Below, in pieces: positions 1 through 8,399 of a stretch of 64,000 nucleotides of DNA; position 1 is the first letter of the stretch; every line of letters begins with the position of its first letter. This DNA is from an uncultured Chitinophagaceae bacterium (GTDB taxonomy: Bacteria; Planctomycetota; Planctomycetia; Pirellulales; UBA1268), in contig CAZRKH010000091.1 in the NCBI GenBank assembly GCA_964600785.1, positions 9,037-73,036 on the forward strand, in the 5' to 3' direction. Both the position numbers and the translations under genes were made by a program. The notes beneath the pieces are model-generated. The model saw only the letters and a program-made list of their open reading frames with translations, was not told the origin of the DNA and made no database searches.

Positions 1-315
1 CGTGGCAATCCAATGACCACGTTCATCGGTCGTGACCGAGGCGGTGTCGTCGCCAAAAGACACGCTCACGCGGTCACCAGTGTCGGCGCGGCCCCAGATC
101 CGCACCGGCTGCGCCTGCTGCAGCACCATCCCGGAACCGAAGACTTCCGCCAGCTCGAACGTGCCGGCATGCGTGGGGCGTGCGGTGGCTGTGGTGAAGG
201 CCACGACCGCCAGGCCAATGGCGGCCGCCGCGGCCGACAGGTTTCCGTCCGCACCGCGACGATTGTGGGAGTCTCGGCGGCTGAAAGCTGAAGCGATGTT
301 CCACACATGCCTCAT
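1..315 (-). CDS. sialate O-acetylesterase-like protein, N-terminal fragment (continues beyond window start)
   Basis: Own translation from ATG 315..313 (minus strand): MRHVWNIASAFSRRDSHNRRGADGNLSAAAAAAIGLAVVAFTTATARPTHAGTFELAEVFGSGMVLQQAQPVRIWGRADTGDRVSVSFGDDTASVTTDERGHWIAT. It has an Ala-rich signal-like segment followed by the 'F..sMVLQ...PV.iWG.a..G..V.V.f....t.td..G.W' N-terminal pattern typical of sialate O-acetylesterase-type SGNH esterases. It is absent from the ORF track because no stop lies in the window. Confidence 0.5.
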   Translation of the reverse strand, partial: MRHVWNIASAFSRRDSHNRRGADGNLSAAAAAIGLAVVAFTTATARPTHAGTFELAEVFGSGMVLQQAQPVRIWGRADTGDRVSVSFGDDTASVTTDERGHWIAT

Positions 316-374
316 GATTGCTTGGTTCGCCTTACCCTTCAGAGAACCACATAAAGCAGATCCTCTGGCACTAC

Positions 375-469
375 GATCCGATGCGGGCGATCAAAGCCCA
401 CTTGAGCGATTCCCCAAAAAGCCGAGGTTTTTGGGCGTCGCCGATCGCCGCATCCTGCGGCGGCGGTAG
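375..469 (+). repeat. dispersed intergenic repeat family A, partial copy (lacks distal arm)
   Basis: The sequence ..gcgggcgatcaaagcccacttgagcgattccccaaaaagccgaggtttttgggcgtcgccgatcgccgcatcctgcggcggc.. aligns with the copies at 1853-1986, 19343-19495 and 24591-24756. It contains the CCCCAAAAA-N7-TTTTTGGG hairpin. Confidence 0.8.
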
Positions 470-573
470 TTGAAAAACCGACGGTCCCGGGCCCATCACC
501 CGCACTGCTTGGTGCCCCTACCCAGATTGCCTGGGTAGTGTGCTACTGTATACTTATTCTCTAGACGGCGTGA

Positions 574-1212
574 ATGCCTGTTTCCGCGAATCCGCGTTTC
601 AGCGAGGGTGCCGCTGCCATGGTCACAATTCCTGTTAACGCCCCGTCGCGGCATCGCATCTCGGTAGAGGCGTTTCATCGCATGGGCGAGACCGGCATCC
701 TCGGTCCCGCAGACCGGGTGGAGCTCATCGATGGGGAGATCATTGACATGTCGCCGAGCGGGGCTTTGCACGCAGCAATCGTCGACATGCTCGCCAGGCA
801 CTTCGGCCGCCATGCTCGAGAGTCTGTCTACATTCGCTGCCAAAACCCACTCCGTCTGGATGACATCAACGAGCCCGAGCCCGATATCGCGATCCTCCGG
901 CCCCGGGCCGACTTCTACACGACGGCCCATCCGGGGCCGGCGGATGTGCTGCTTGTCATCGAGGTTTCCGATACGAGCTTGGCCTACGACCTCGGCACGA
1001 AGGTGCCGCTCTATGCCCGGCACGGCATTCCGGAAGTCTGGGTGATCGACGCGGCCACGCGGCGGACGCGGGTGTTTCGCCAACCGATCGGTGGCACGTA
1101 TTCCCTCGACACGAGCGTCGAGCCGCACGAGCCGCTCTCGTGCGCCGGGCTGGTCGATGACGCCGCAGCTCCGGTGGTCGTCGAGTTGGCCCGGCTGCTA
1201 CCCATGGAGTGA
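574..1212 (+). CDS. Uma2 family (DUF820) restriction-endonuclease-fold protein
   Basis: 212-aa ORF with motifs ..VELIDGEIIDMSP..EPDIAILR..PADVLLVIEVSDTSLAYDLGTKVPLYARHGIPEVWVID.., characteristic of Uma2/DUF820. The start may instead be the ATG at 619. Confidence 0.75.
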   Translation: MPVSANPRFSEGAAAMVTIPVNAPSRHRISVEAFHRMGETGILGPADRVELIDGEIIDMSPSGALHAAIVDMLARHFGRHARESVYIRCQNPLRLDDINEPEPDIAILRPRADFYTTAHPGPADVLLVIEVSDTSLAYDLGTKVPLYARHGIPEVWVIDAATRRTRVFRQPIGGTYSLDTSVEPHEPLSCAGLVDDAAAPVVVELARLLPME

Positions 1213-1408
1213 CCCAATCCAAAGGCCAAAGGTGCCAGCCACCAAATCTGCGGCTCGTGACTGCCGGTGCCGGTGGCTCGCCGGGGTGCTTCCCGAGGTC
1301 GCTGAGCGCCGTCCGCGCGGTCTGGCGAGGGGCAGTTCGGGCTCTTTTCGTCTGGGCGGCGTGCTCGATTGCGGCTCTGCCCTCGTCACTGGGGCCAAGC
1401 ATCGCGAA

Positions 1409-1436
1409 GGCCGCCATTCGTGGCAGCCGCTTTTTT
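1409..1436 (+). terminator. putative intrinsic terminator
   Basis: GGCCGCCA-ttcg-TGGCAGCC (7 of 8 pairs) followed by gcTTTTTTc. It lies in an about 300-bp stretch (1213-1514) with no convincing coding frame. Confidence 0.35.
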
Positions 1437-1514
1437 CAGTTGAAATCCGGTGTCCGTGCTCGCGACGGTCACGCGGGCACAAAAAAGGTGGATTTGGTCG
1501 GCCCAGATAAGAGA

Positions 1515-1811
1515 TTGGCTGGATACGAAAACTTCAAGCGTTTGCCGCTTCCCCACTTTTTGCTTGCATTCAGTTCGTTGGTATTGGCGTCGGTGGACAT
1601 GGGGGTGGATTCAGTAGAAGTGAGCCTCTATTCTTTCAACAATCTGTGTTTTCAGGGCACGAACACCGGTGATTTTTCGGACTACTTTGATGTCCAAGGC
1701 GATACTCTCGTGGTCGTTCCTGAACCGTCGACGGCGTTGCTGCTGGGCTCGGGGCTGGCCGGGCTCCTCTCCTGCCGCAAACGCCGCCGTTCGAGCGCAA
1801 CGCACGAATAA
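1515..1811 (+). CDS. small PEP-CTERM sorting-domain protein (start uncertain)
   Basis: The C-terminus VVVPEPSTALLLGSGLAGLLSCRKRRR is a PEP-CTERM anchor: PEP motif, TM helix and basic tail. A TTG at 1515 would give the signal-like N-terminus (M)AGYENFKRLPLPHFLLAFSSLVLASV. An alternative start is the ATG at 1599. The DNA here is visibly lower in GC than its surroundings. The upstream part of track ORF 1209..1811 does not look coding. Confidence 0.5.
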   Translation: MAGYENFKRLPLPHFLLAFSSLVLASVDMGVDSVEVSLYSFNNLCFQGTNTGDFSDYFDVQGDTLVVVPEPSTALLLGSGLAGLLSCRKRRRSSATHE

Positions 1812-1852
1812 GGTGTGATTCGTGCCAGTCACGAGGCGTGGCTGAGCCTTCG

Positions 1853-1986
1853 CAGACTGTGGAACACGTCTGCCGCCGCAGGACGCGATCGGCGACACCC
1901 CAAGCCTCGGCTTTTTGGGAAGTTGCTCAAGTGGGCTTTGATCGCCCGCGTCCGCGTGCAGGGGTCCATGGAGGGCTTTTTCCACG
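1853..1986 (-). repeat. dispersed intergenic repeat family A, full copy (inverted orientation)
   Basis: cagactgtggaacacgtctgccgccgcaggacgcgatcggcgacaccccaagcctcggctttttgggaagttgctcaagtgggctttgatcgcccgcgtccgcgtgcaggggtccatggagggctttttccac. It fills the gap between the convergent genes ending at 1811 and 1993. Confidence 0.85.
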
Positions 1987-1992
1987 GGCGGT

Positions 1993-2196
1993 TCAGGCGA
2001 GGAAGTCGCGAAGTTGCGTGCGATTCTTGTCGCGAAACGAGTTGAGCTTCATCCGCATGAAGCCAGCCCCTTCGAGGGCCGTTGTGATGACCGAAAGGTC
2101 GCTGCGGCGGACAAGGATGTCCAAGTTCTGCGTGTTCCGCACGGCGGCGAGATCGACGTGGGTCACCCACACGGGCACGGCGTTGTCGCCGACCAT
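1993..2196 (-). CDS. hypothetical 67-aa protein, possible nucleotidyltransferase-fold remnant
   Basis: ATG at 2196. High GC3 throughout the frame. MVGDNAVPVWVTHVDLAAVRNTQNLDILVRRSDLSVITTALEGAGF.. loosely resembles the 'D.D.LV ... l...GF' core of minimal nucleotidyltransferases but is too short to be complete. Confidence 0.35.
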   Translation of the reverse strand: MVGDNAVPVWVTHVDLAAVRNTQNLDILVRRSDLSVITTALEGAGFMRMKLNSFRDKNRTQLRDFLA

Positions 2197-2270
2197 GGCG
2201 TGGCTACACAAGAAGATGCATATGAAGAATATTTTTGGGGCACGGCCGCCGCAGCGGGTGGTTGGGGACC

Positions 2271-3530
2271 TCAGGCGGTGTGTCGCGCAAGCAGCTGCCA
2301 GCAGACCAGCTGCATCCGCGGCAGGTGGAAAGGGCCCTTCCAGAGGCTGCCTTTGGCGGTGTGGGTGGGGGTGCCGTCCCGCCGGGCCCAGCCATACCAC
2401 TCGCCCTGCTCTGGGTCGGCCAGGTGGGCATGGGCCCAGGCATGGACCTTGGCATGCCAGTCACGGAAGGTTGCGTCGCCGGTGAGCGACCAGGCCATCA
2501 GCGTGGCGATCACCGCCTCGTTCTGGGGCCACCAGAACTTCATGTCATGCCAATACTCGGTGACCGGCTTGCCCAGCACGTCGCGGAAATAGAGGATCCC
2601 GCCGTATCCCTCGTCCCAGCCGATCTTCCAGCTCCAGCGGAGCATTGTCATACCCAGCTCGACCAGCGAGTCGTCGCCGCGGTCGACCCCCTCCTGCATC
2701 ATGAACCAGGCTCCTTCGATCGCGTGGCCGGGATTCACCAGCCGGCCGTCGGCATGATCCAGGAAGGTATTCCCGTCGGCGAGCACGTTCTCAAGCACCG
2801 CCTCGAGCTCCGGACGCACGAAGCGGGTTTGTATCGCGTCGATCGCCGCATCGACCCGGGCGTTGATCCGGGCATGACTCCGACCGATCCAATCGGCCGC
2901 CTGCCCGCCCGCAGCGCTGTCACGTATCGCGGTCTTGCCGAGGTGAGCCAGCGAGGCCCGCAGGGCCTGCCCGGTCCCGAGCACGATCATCGGGCCGCCG
3001 AAGCCGGCGGTGGCCCGCGTGGCGGTGATCTGCTTCGGCTCGATCCCACCAGGACTCTCCAGCCGCTCGCAGGCCCGCTCGAAGAGATCGACCGCCGCCA
3101 GGGCCCGCTTTGAATCCCCGCTCGTCGCGGCATAGGCGGCAAAGGCCATCGCCGCAAACATCTCCGAAAAGACATACCGCCGCTTGCGGACAGGCCGGCC
3201 GTCGCGGGTGAGAATGAAGAACATCCGCCCGTCGGAATCGAAGCCGTGCCGCTGGAGAAACTCCACGCACGAGCGGGCCCCGGCGAGCCAGTCTTCGCGG
3301 GGCTCCAGCTCGAGAGCCAGCGTGGCAAGCAGCCAGCCGAAGCGGCCCTGGAACCAGACGCTCTTGTCGGAGTCGTAAAGACCGCCGTCGCGATCGAGGC
3401 AGGTCAGCACCCCTCCGTGCTCGTGGTCGAGGCCGTGCCGCATCCAGAAGGGGAGCACGTTTTCAAGCAGTGCCTCGCGGTAGGTCTCGCGGAGGGCATC
3501 GAGGGGCAGGGGGGCGACGGGTCCGGGCAT
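2271..3530 (-). CDS. AGE-family epimerase/isomerase (N-acylglucosamine 2-epimerase-like)
   Basis: 419 aa. The N-terminus ..YREALLENVLPFWMRHGLDHEHGGVLTCLDRDGGLYDSDKSVWFQGRFGWLLA.. and the repeated (alpha/alpha)6 W/H-rich motifs are typical of the AGE/renin-binding-protein family. Confidence 0.85.
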   Translation of the reverse strand: MPGPVAPLPLDALRETYREALLENVLPFWMRHGLDHEHGGVLTCLDRDGGLYDSDKSVWFQGRFGWLLATLALELEPREDWLAGARSCVEFLQRHGFDSDGRMFFILTRDGRPVRKRRYVFSEMFAAMAFAAYAATSGDSKRALAAVDLFERACERLESPGGIEPKQITATRATAGFGGPMIVLGTGQALRASLAHLGKTAIRDSAAGGQAADWIGRSHARINARVDAAIDAIQTRFVRPELEAVLENVLADGNTFLDHADGRLVNPGHAIEGAWFMMQEGVDRGDDSLVELGMTMLRWSWKIGWDEGYGGILYFRDVLGKPVTEYWHDMKFWWPQNEAVIATLMAWSLTGDATFRDWHAKVHAWAHAHLADPEQGEWYGWARRDGTPTHTAKGSLWKGPFHLPRMQLVCWQLLARHTA

Positions 3531-3551
3531 GGCTGGATCCTGCAGGCGGGG

Positions 3552-5360
3552 CTACCGCTCGCCACCGGTGTCGAGCACGGCCATGAAGGCCTTCTGCGGG
3601 ATGTCGACACTCCCGATGCTCTTCATCCGCTTCTTGCCCTCCTTCTGCTTGGCCCAGAGCTTCTTCTTGCGGGAGATGTCGCCGCCGTAGCATTTGGCCG
3701 TGACGTTCTTGCGGAGTGCCGAGATCGTCTCGCGGGCGATGATCCGTGAACCGATCGCCGCCTGCAGGGCCACCTCAAACATGTGCCGGTCGATCTCGCC
3801 GCGGAGCTTCTTCACGATCGCCCGTCCGCGGCGGTCGGCATCACGGCGGTCGCAGATGATCGAGAGGGCATCGACCTTCTTGCCGCCCACGAGGATGTCG
3901 AGCCGCACGAGATCGGCCGGAAAATAGCCGAGCATCTCGTAGTCCATCGTGCCGTAGCCCTTGGTCACGCTCTTGAGCTTGTCGTGGAGGTCGTAGATCA
4001 CCTCGGCGAGCGGCAGGTCGAAAACGAGCATCGCGCGGGTCGGTGAGAGATACTCCGTTTTCAAAAAGGCACCGCGGCGGTCGGTGCACAGCTGCATGAT
4101 CGGCCCGATGTATTCCGCCGGCGTGATGAAGCTCGTCCGCACGATCGGCTGGCGGAACTCCTCGATCTGACCGGGATCGGGCACGTCCTGGGGGTTGGTG
4201 ATCTCCAGGGTCTCACCCTGGCTGGTGAGGATCTGGTAGGTGACGTTGGGGGCGGTCTGCACCAGGTCGAGATCCGATTCCTTCTCCAGCCGCTGCTGGA
4301 TGATCTCCATGTGCAGCAGCCCCAGGAAACCGCAGCGGAAGCCGAAGCCAAGAGCCTCGCTGCTCTCTGGCTGGTATTCGAAGGAGGGGTCGTTGATGCC
4401 AAGCTTTTCCAGTGCATCCCGGAGTTCCTCGAAGTTTTCGCCTTCGCTGGGGTAGAGCCCGCAGTAGACCATCCGCTGCGGCGGCTTGTACCCGGCCAGG
4501 GCCGCGGCCGCCTCCTCGCCGGGAACGGTCACGGTGTCGCCGATGTGGACCTGCTTGACGTCCTTGATGTTGCACACGAGGTAGCCCACCTGCCCCGCGG
4601 TGAGCTGCTCGCAGGGCCGCCGGGCAGGCACGAACTGGCCCAGCTCGATCACCTCGTGGGAGCTGCCGGTCCGCAGGAAACGGATCTTCTGGCCCTTGCG
4701 GATCGTGCCATCCACCAGGCGGATGTAGGTGATCGCCCCGCGGTAGGCGTCGTAGTGGCTGTCGAAGACCATCGCCCGCAGCACCCCCTCGGGGTCGCCG
4801 ACCGGCGGCGGGATCCGCTCCACGATTCTCCCGAGCAGTTCCTCGATGCCGATCCCCGCCTTGGCACTGGCGAGGATCACCTCGTCGGAGTCGATCCCCA
4901 GGCTCTGCTCCATCTCCTCGAGCACCTCGTCGACCCGGGCGTGGGTCAGGTCGATCTTGTTGATCACCGGCACGATCGCGAGGTCCTGGCCGATCGCGGC
5001 ATAGGCATTGGCCACCGTCTGGGCTTCGACCCCCTGGAAGGCGTCGACCAAAAGCACCGCGCCTTCGCAGCAGGCGAGGCTGCGGGAGACCTCGTAGTGG
5101 AAGTCGACATGCCCGGGCGTGTCGATCAGGTTCAGCTCATACCGCTCCCCCTGGTAGAGCCACTCCATCCGCACCGCCCGGGCCTTGATCGTGATCCCTC
5201 GCTGCCGCTCGAGTTCCATGTCGTCGAGCATCTGCTGCTTGAGCTGCCGCTTCTCGACGGTGCCGGTGTGCTCGAGCAGCCGGTCGGCGAGCGTGCTCTT
5301 GCCGTGGTCGATATGGGCCACGATCGAGAAGTTGCGGATGTGCTTGCAGTCGAAGGGCAT
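3552..5360 (-). CDS. lepA: translation elongation factor 4 (LepA)
   Basis: MPFDCKHIRNFSIVAHIDHGKSTLADRLL..DTPGHVDF..NKID.. with a full-length LepA C-terminal domain. I chose the ATG at 5360. The track ORF extends to 5531 but that extension is non-homologous. Confidence 0.95.
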   Translation of the reverse strand: MPFDCKHIRNFSIVAHIDHGKSTLADRLLEHTGTVEKRQLKQQMLDDMELERQRGITIKARAVRMEWLYQGERYELNLIDTPGHVDFHYEVSRSLACCEGAVLLVDAFQGVEAQTVANAYAAIGQDLAIVPVINKIDLTHARVDEVLEEMEQSLGIDSDEVILASAKAGIGIEELLGRIVERIPPPVGDPEGVLRAMVFDSHYDAYRGAITYIRLVDGTIRKGQKIRFLRTGSSHEVIELGQFVPARRPCEQLTAGQVGYLVCNIKDVKQVHIGDTVTVPGEEAAAALAGYKPPQRMVYCGLYPSEGENFEELRDALEKLGINDPSFEYQPESSEALGFGFRCGFLGLLHMEIIQQRLEKESDLDLVQTAPNVTYQILTSQGETLEITNPQDVPDPGQIEEFRQPIVRTSFITPAEYIGPIMQLCTDRRGAFLKTEYLSPTRAMLVFDLPLAEVIYDLHDKLKSVTKGYGTMDYEMLGYFPADLVRLDILVGGKKVDALSIICDRRDADRRGRAIVKKLRGEIDRHMFEVALQAAIGSRIIARETISALRKNVTAKCYGGDISRKKKLWAKQKEGKKRMKSIGSVDIPQKAFMAVLDTGGER

Positions 5361-5394
5361 CGGGATGCTGTCGCGGGGAATCACTCGGGCCTCT

Positions 5395-6426
5395 TCATCC
5401 GCCGCGGCCGGCGGCCCGGGCCAGGCCGGCGGCACCGATGTAGCCGGCGTCACCACCGAGAGTCGCATAACGGATCGTCGTCTGCTCGGCGAGCAGCGGG
5501 AAGGCCCGATCGCGAACCTCCTGTCGAACACGCTCGATGAAGGCCCGGCCGATCGGGTCGGCCTCCCGGCCGAACGTCATCGCCCCGCCGAGCACCACGC
5601 CCTCGGGGTCGATGATGTGCATCAGGTTGACGGTGCCGATGCCCAGCCAGCCGGCCGCCTCGAGGATCAGCTCCATCGCCGTCTCGTCTCCGGCCTTCGC
5701 CTCGCGGGCAATCACGATCGGCGTGATCGGCTTGCCGGTAGCGGCCACCGTGGCCAGCCGAGTGCCGAGGCCGGCGTGCACCGCCCCGCGGGCGGACTTC
5801 ACGAGAGCCGTGGCGCTGGCGTAGGCCTCGAGGTGACCCCGCTGCCCGCAGGGGCAAAGCCTCGCCTCCGGCGAGGTGTCGACGATGATGTGGCCGCACT
5901 CGGTGGCATGGCTGTGGTGGCCCTCCAGGCAGACCCCGTCGATCACCACCCCGCCACCGATCCCCGTGCCGAGCGTCCAGAAGACCATGCTCGCAAGGTC
6001 GCGGCCCGAGCCGATCCAATACTCGCCGTAGGCCGCGGCGGTGGCATCGTTGGCGAAGGTCACCGCGTGGTCACAGTGGGCCGACACCCGGTCGCGGATC
6101 GGGAAGTCTTCAAAGCCCGGCAGGTTGCCCGCATCGTGGATCACGCCGCTGGCAAGGTCCTGCGGCCCCGGGGTGCCCAGGCCCACCGTCGCGATTTCCC
6201 CAGGCTCGATGCCCGTCAGGGCAGCCAGGGTGGCCACGCAGCCGCCGAGCCTCGCCGCCACGTCCTCCGGCCCGCGGGCCACCTCCGTCGGCTCGGTGTG
6301 GTAGGCCAGCGTGCGGCCCTCGTCATCGACGAGCCCGGCTTTGATATTCGTGCCGCCAAGATCGAGCCCGACGGAGAAGGGTCGCACCGCTGCCGTCAGC
6401 GGAATCCACTGCGAACGGTCAGCCAC
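5395..6426 (-). CDS. ROK-family sugar kinase (glucokinase/N-acyl-hexosamine kinase type)
   Basis: Contains LDLGGTNIKAG (ATP-binding), ..GTGIGGGVV.. and the ROK zinc motif GHHSHATECGH...CPCGQRGHLE. There is no N-terminal HTH, so I call it a kinase rather than a repressor. Confidence 0.85.
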   Translation of the reverse strand: MADRSQWIPLTAAVRPFSVGLDLGGTNIKAGLVDDEGRTLAYHTEPTEVARGPEDVAARLGGCVATLAALTGIEPGEIATVGLGTPGPQDLASGVIHDAGNLPGFEDFPIRDRVSAHCDHAVTFANDATAAAYGEYWIGSGRDLASMVFWTLGTGIGGGVVIDGVCLEGHHSHATECGHIIVDTSPEARLCPCGQRGHLEAYASATALVKSARGAVHAGLGTRLATVAATGKPITPIVIAREAKAGDETAMELILEAAGWLGIGTVNLMHIIDPEGVVLGGAMTFGREADPIGRAFIERVRQEVRDRAFPLLAEQTTIRYATLGGDAGYIGAAGLARAAGRGG

Positions 6427-6462
6427 GCTGGTGCCTCGACCTCCTCATGCGGTCCGGGCCCG

Positions 6463-8262
6463 CTAACTGTCAGCCGGCAGCCGGCTGGTCTCCACGCTGG
6501 GCGTGGGTCCGGTGCAGGCCTTCATGAACTCGACGAGATCGGCCTTGTCCTGCTCGCTGAGCTTGAGCGGCCGGATCTTATCGCTGAGATGCGGGTTGGG
6601 ATGGCCGCCCTTGGCGTACCACTCCACCACCTCCTCGAGCGTGGCCACCGAGCCGTCATGCATGTAGGGTGCCGTGAGGGCCACGTTGCGGACCGTCGGT
6701 GTCTTGAAGGCACCGGTATCCGCGGGGTCTTTGGTCACGGCGAAGCGGCCGAGGTCGGGATTCTCCCTGTCCATCCCGATCCCGACATTGTGGTACTTCT
6801 CGTCGGCGAGGTTGGCACCCACGTGGCAGGCGGTGCAGTTGCCCTTCTCGCTGAAGAAGATGTCCCGCCCCCGCTTGGCCGACTCGCTCATCGGGTTGGC
6901 CTTGGCCCCGGCGGTGAGCATCGCATATTTCTCGGCAAGTTCGGGGTCGTCGGCGATGTCTTCCTCGTCGAGAGCCTCGAACGGACGCAACAGTTCGTTG
7001 TAGTCGTAGGGCGAGGGGGCCGTCACGATCGCCCGCTCAAAGGTGGCGATCGCGTCGCCCACGCGGTCGATCGTGAGTTCGCCGAAGATCGCCGCGAACT
7101 GCCGCGCGTAGACCGGCATCTCCGAGAGCCGCTTGACGACGCCCTCATGGGTGAAACCCATCTCGATCGGGTTGGCGATCGGGCCGACCGCCTGCTCCTC
7201 GAGCGAATCAACACGGCCGTCCCAAAACTGCTCGCCCGAGAGAATGCGGTTGTAGGCGACCGGCGAATTGCGGCCGCCCTGTTGGCCGTCGATGCCGACG
7301 CCGAACTGCGTGTGGGCGGTGTAGCCCTGATCGGGAGCGTGGCAGCTGGCACAGCTGACGGTCGAATCCTTGGAGAGCCGCGGATCGAAGTAGAGCTGGC
7401 GGCCCAGTTCAATCTTGGCCCGCGTGAGCGGATTCCGATCGATCCCCTGAATCTGGGTGGCACCAGCCGCCAGGCCCAGGGGAAGGACCGGATCAAGCTC
7501 GACGTGGTTGGCCGGGTCGGCGAGCCAACGGTCGATCTGCTCAAGCGTGATCAGGCCGCTGCCCGGCACCCCGGCGGTGAGTGCCGGGTCGCCGAGTTCC
7601 ACCTGCTCGCGGGGCATCCCAGCCGCCGCGGCCACCGCAGCCCGGGCCTTCTCGAGGGCCGCAGAGTCGCCCCCGCCGCCGGTCGCCTCCTTGACCCGCT
7701 CGATCGCCTTGCCGGCCGCCTCCTTGGTTTTTTCGACCGCGTCCTTCGCGGCCTCACCGGCCTTTCCAGCGGCCTCCTTGGCCGCCCCACCCGCCTCGCG
7801 GGCACCCTCGCCAGCCTTCCCGGCAGCCTCTTCAACCGCCTCCTTCACACTCTCGGCCGCCTCGCCGGCCTCCTTCTTCATCTCGGCGGCCTCTTTCTTC
7901 GAGGCCTCGATCACCTCCTCGGTCTTCTTCTCGACCGCCTCGGTCGCCTCGCCGGCCGACTTCTTGGCTTCATCGATCACGCGGTCGGCCTCGTCCTTGG
8001 CGGCATCGACCGCTTCCTTCGCCTTCTCGCCGAGCGTCTCGTCGGCCTTGCCCTCGCCGCCGTCGGCGGGCACCATCTCGATCTCTTCGACCTCCACCAC
8101 CTCTCCGGCGGGCTTCTTCGGTTCGGAGGGGGCACAGCCTGAAAGCAGCATGGCACACGGCAGCACGACGGCTGCAAGCATTCCCAGGCGGCGGCATGCA
8201 CCACGGTGCTCCCCGGGCTCAACAACGGACGGCTTCTCGGCCTCGGCATGGACACGTGACAT
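6463..8262 (-). CDS. di-haem cytochrome c peroxidase (CCP/MauG family) lipoprotein with long Lys/Glu/Ala-rich N-terminal extension
   Basis: Two haem-binding sites, CASCH and CTACH, in CCP-family context (..FDPRLSKDSTVSCASCHAPDQGYT.., ..GNCTACHVGANLADEKYHNVG.., ..FKTPTVRNVALTAPYMHDGS..). Lipobox LLSGC near the N-terminus. The start could be the ATG at 8181. Confidence 0.85.
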   Translation of the reverse strand: MSRVHAEAEKPSVVEPGEHRGACRRLGMLAAVVLPCAMLLSGCAPSEPKKPAGEVVEVEEIEMVPADGGEGKADETLGEKAKEAVDAAKDEADRVIDEAKKSAGEATEAVEKKTEEVIEASKKEAAEMKKEAGEAAESVKEAVEEAAGKAGEGAREAGGAAKEAAGKAGEAAKDAVEKTKEAAGKAIERVKEATGGGGDSAALEKARAAVAAAAGMPREQVELGDPALTAGVPGSGLITLEQIDRWLADPANHVELDPVLPLGLAAGATQIQGIDRNPLTRAKIELGRQLYFDPRLSKDSTVSCASCHAPDQGYTAHTQFGVGIDGQQGGRNSPVAYNRILSGEQFWDGRVDSLEEQAVGPIANPIEMGFTHEGVVKRLSEMPVYARQFAAIFGELTIDRVGDAIATFERAIVTAPSPYDYNELLRPFEALDEEDIADDPELAEKYAMLTAGAKANPMSESAKRGRDIFFSEKGNCTACHVGANLADEKYHNVGIGMDRENPDLGRFAVTKDPADTGAFKTPTVRNVALTAPYMHDGSVATLEEVVEWYAKGGHPNPHLSDKIRPLKLSEQDKADLVEFMKACTGPTPSVETSRLPADS

Positions 8263-8399
8263 CGATCAAAACTCCTCGAACGGGTATGCGAAAACCACCG
8301 ACCGTTTCGATTCCAGGCCGGACCAACCATCGCCCATAAGTGTAGGCGAGCCGGGCGGCGGAAAACAGACTGGCCGAAACCCCCGAGAGCCCTGAGGTT

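Noticed and set aside
375-469. Recurring peptide ..DAGDQSPLE(R/Q)(F/L)PKKPR(F)LGV.. seen in four track ORFs (32..469, 1611..1985, 19269..19520, 24645..25220), which might be taken for a small conserved protein
   Set aside because: Copies differ by indels that break the frame (for example aggcttgggg versus aggtttttgggg). The conserved parts are hairpin arms, and the units lie in both orientations between stop codons. It is a non-coding repeat, not a gene family.
2225-2262. Possible fifth, degenerate family-A fragment (..atttttggggcacggccgccgcagcggg..)
   Set aside because: It shares only short blocks (tttttgggg, gccgccgcag). That is too weak to call without an alignment score.
5185-8142. 985-aa plus-strand ORF, the longest in this part of the track
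   Set aside because: It runs antisense across lepA, the ROK kinase and the cytochrome c peroxidase. Its composition is Arg/Gly/Ala/Pro/Leu-rich with no motifs. This is a typical shadow ORF of a high-GC genome, and the opposite strand carries unmistakable homologues.
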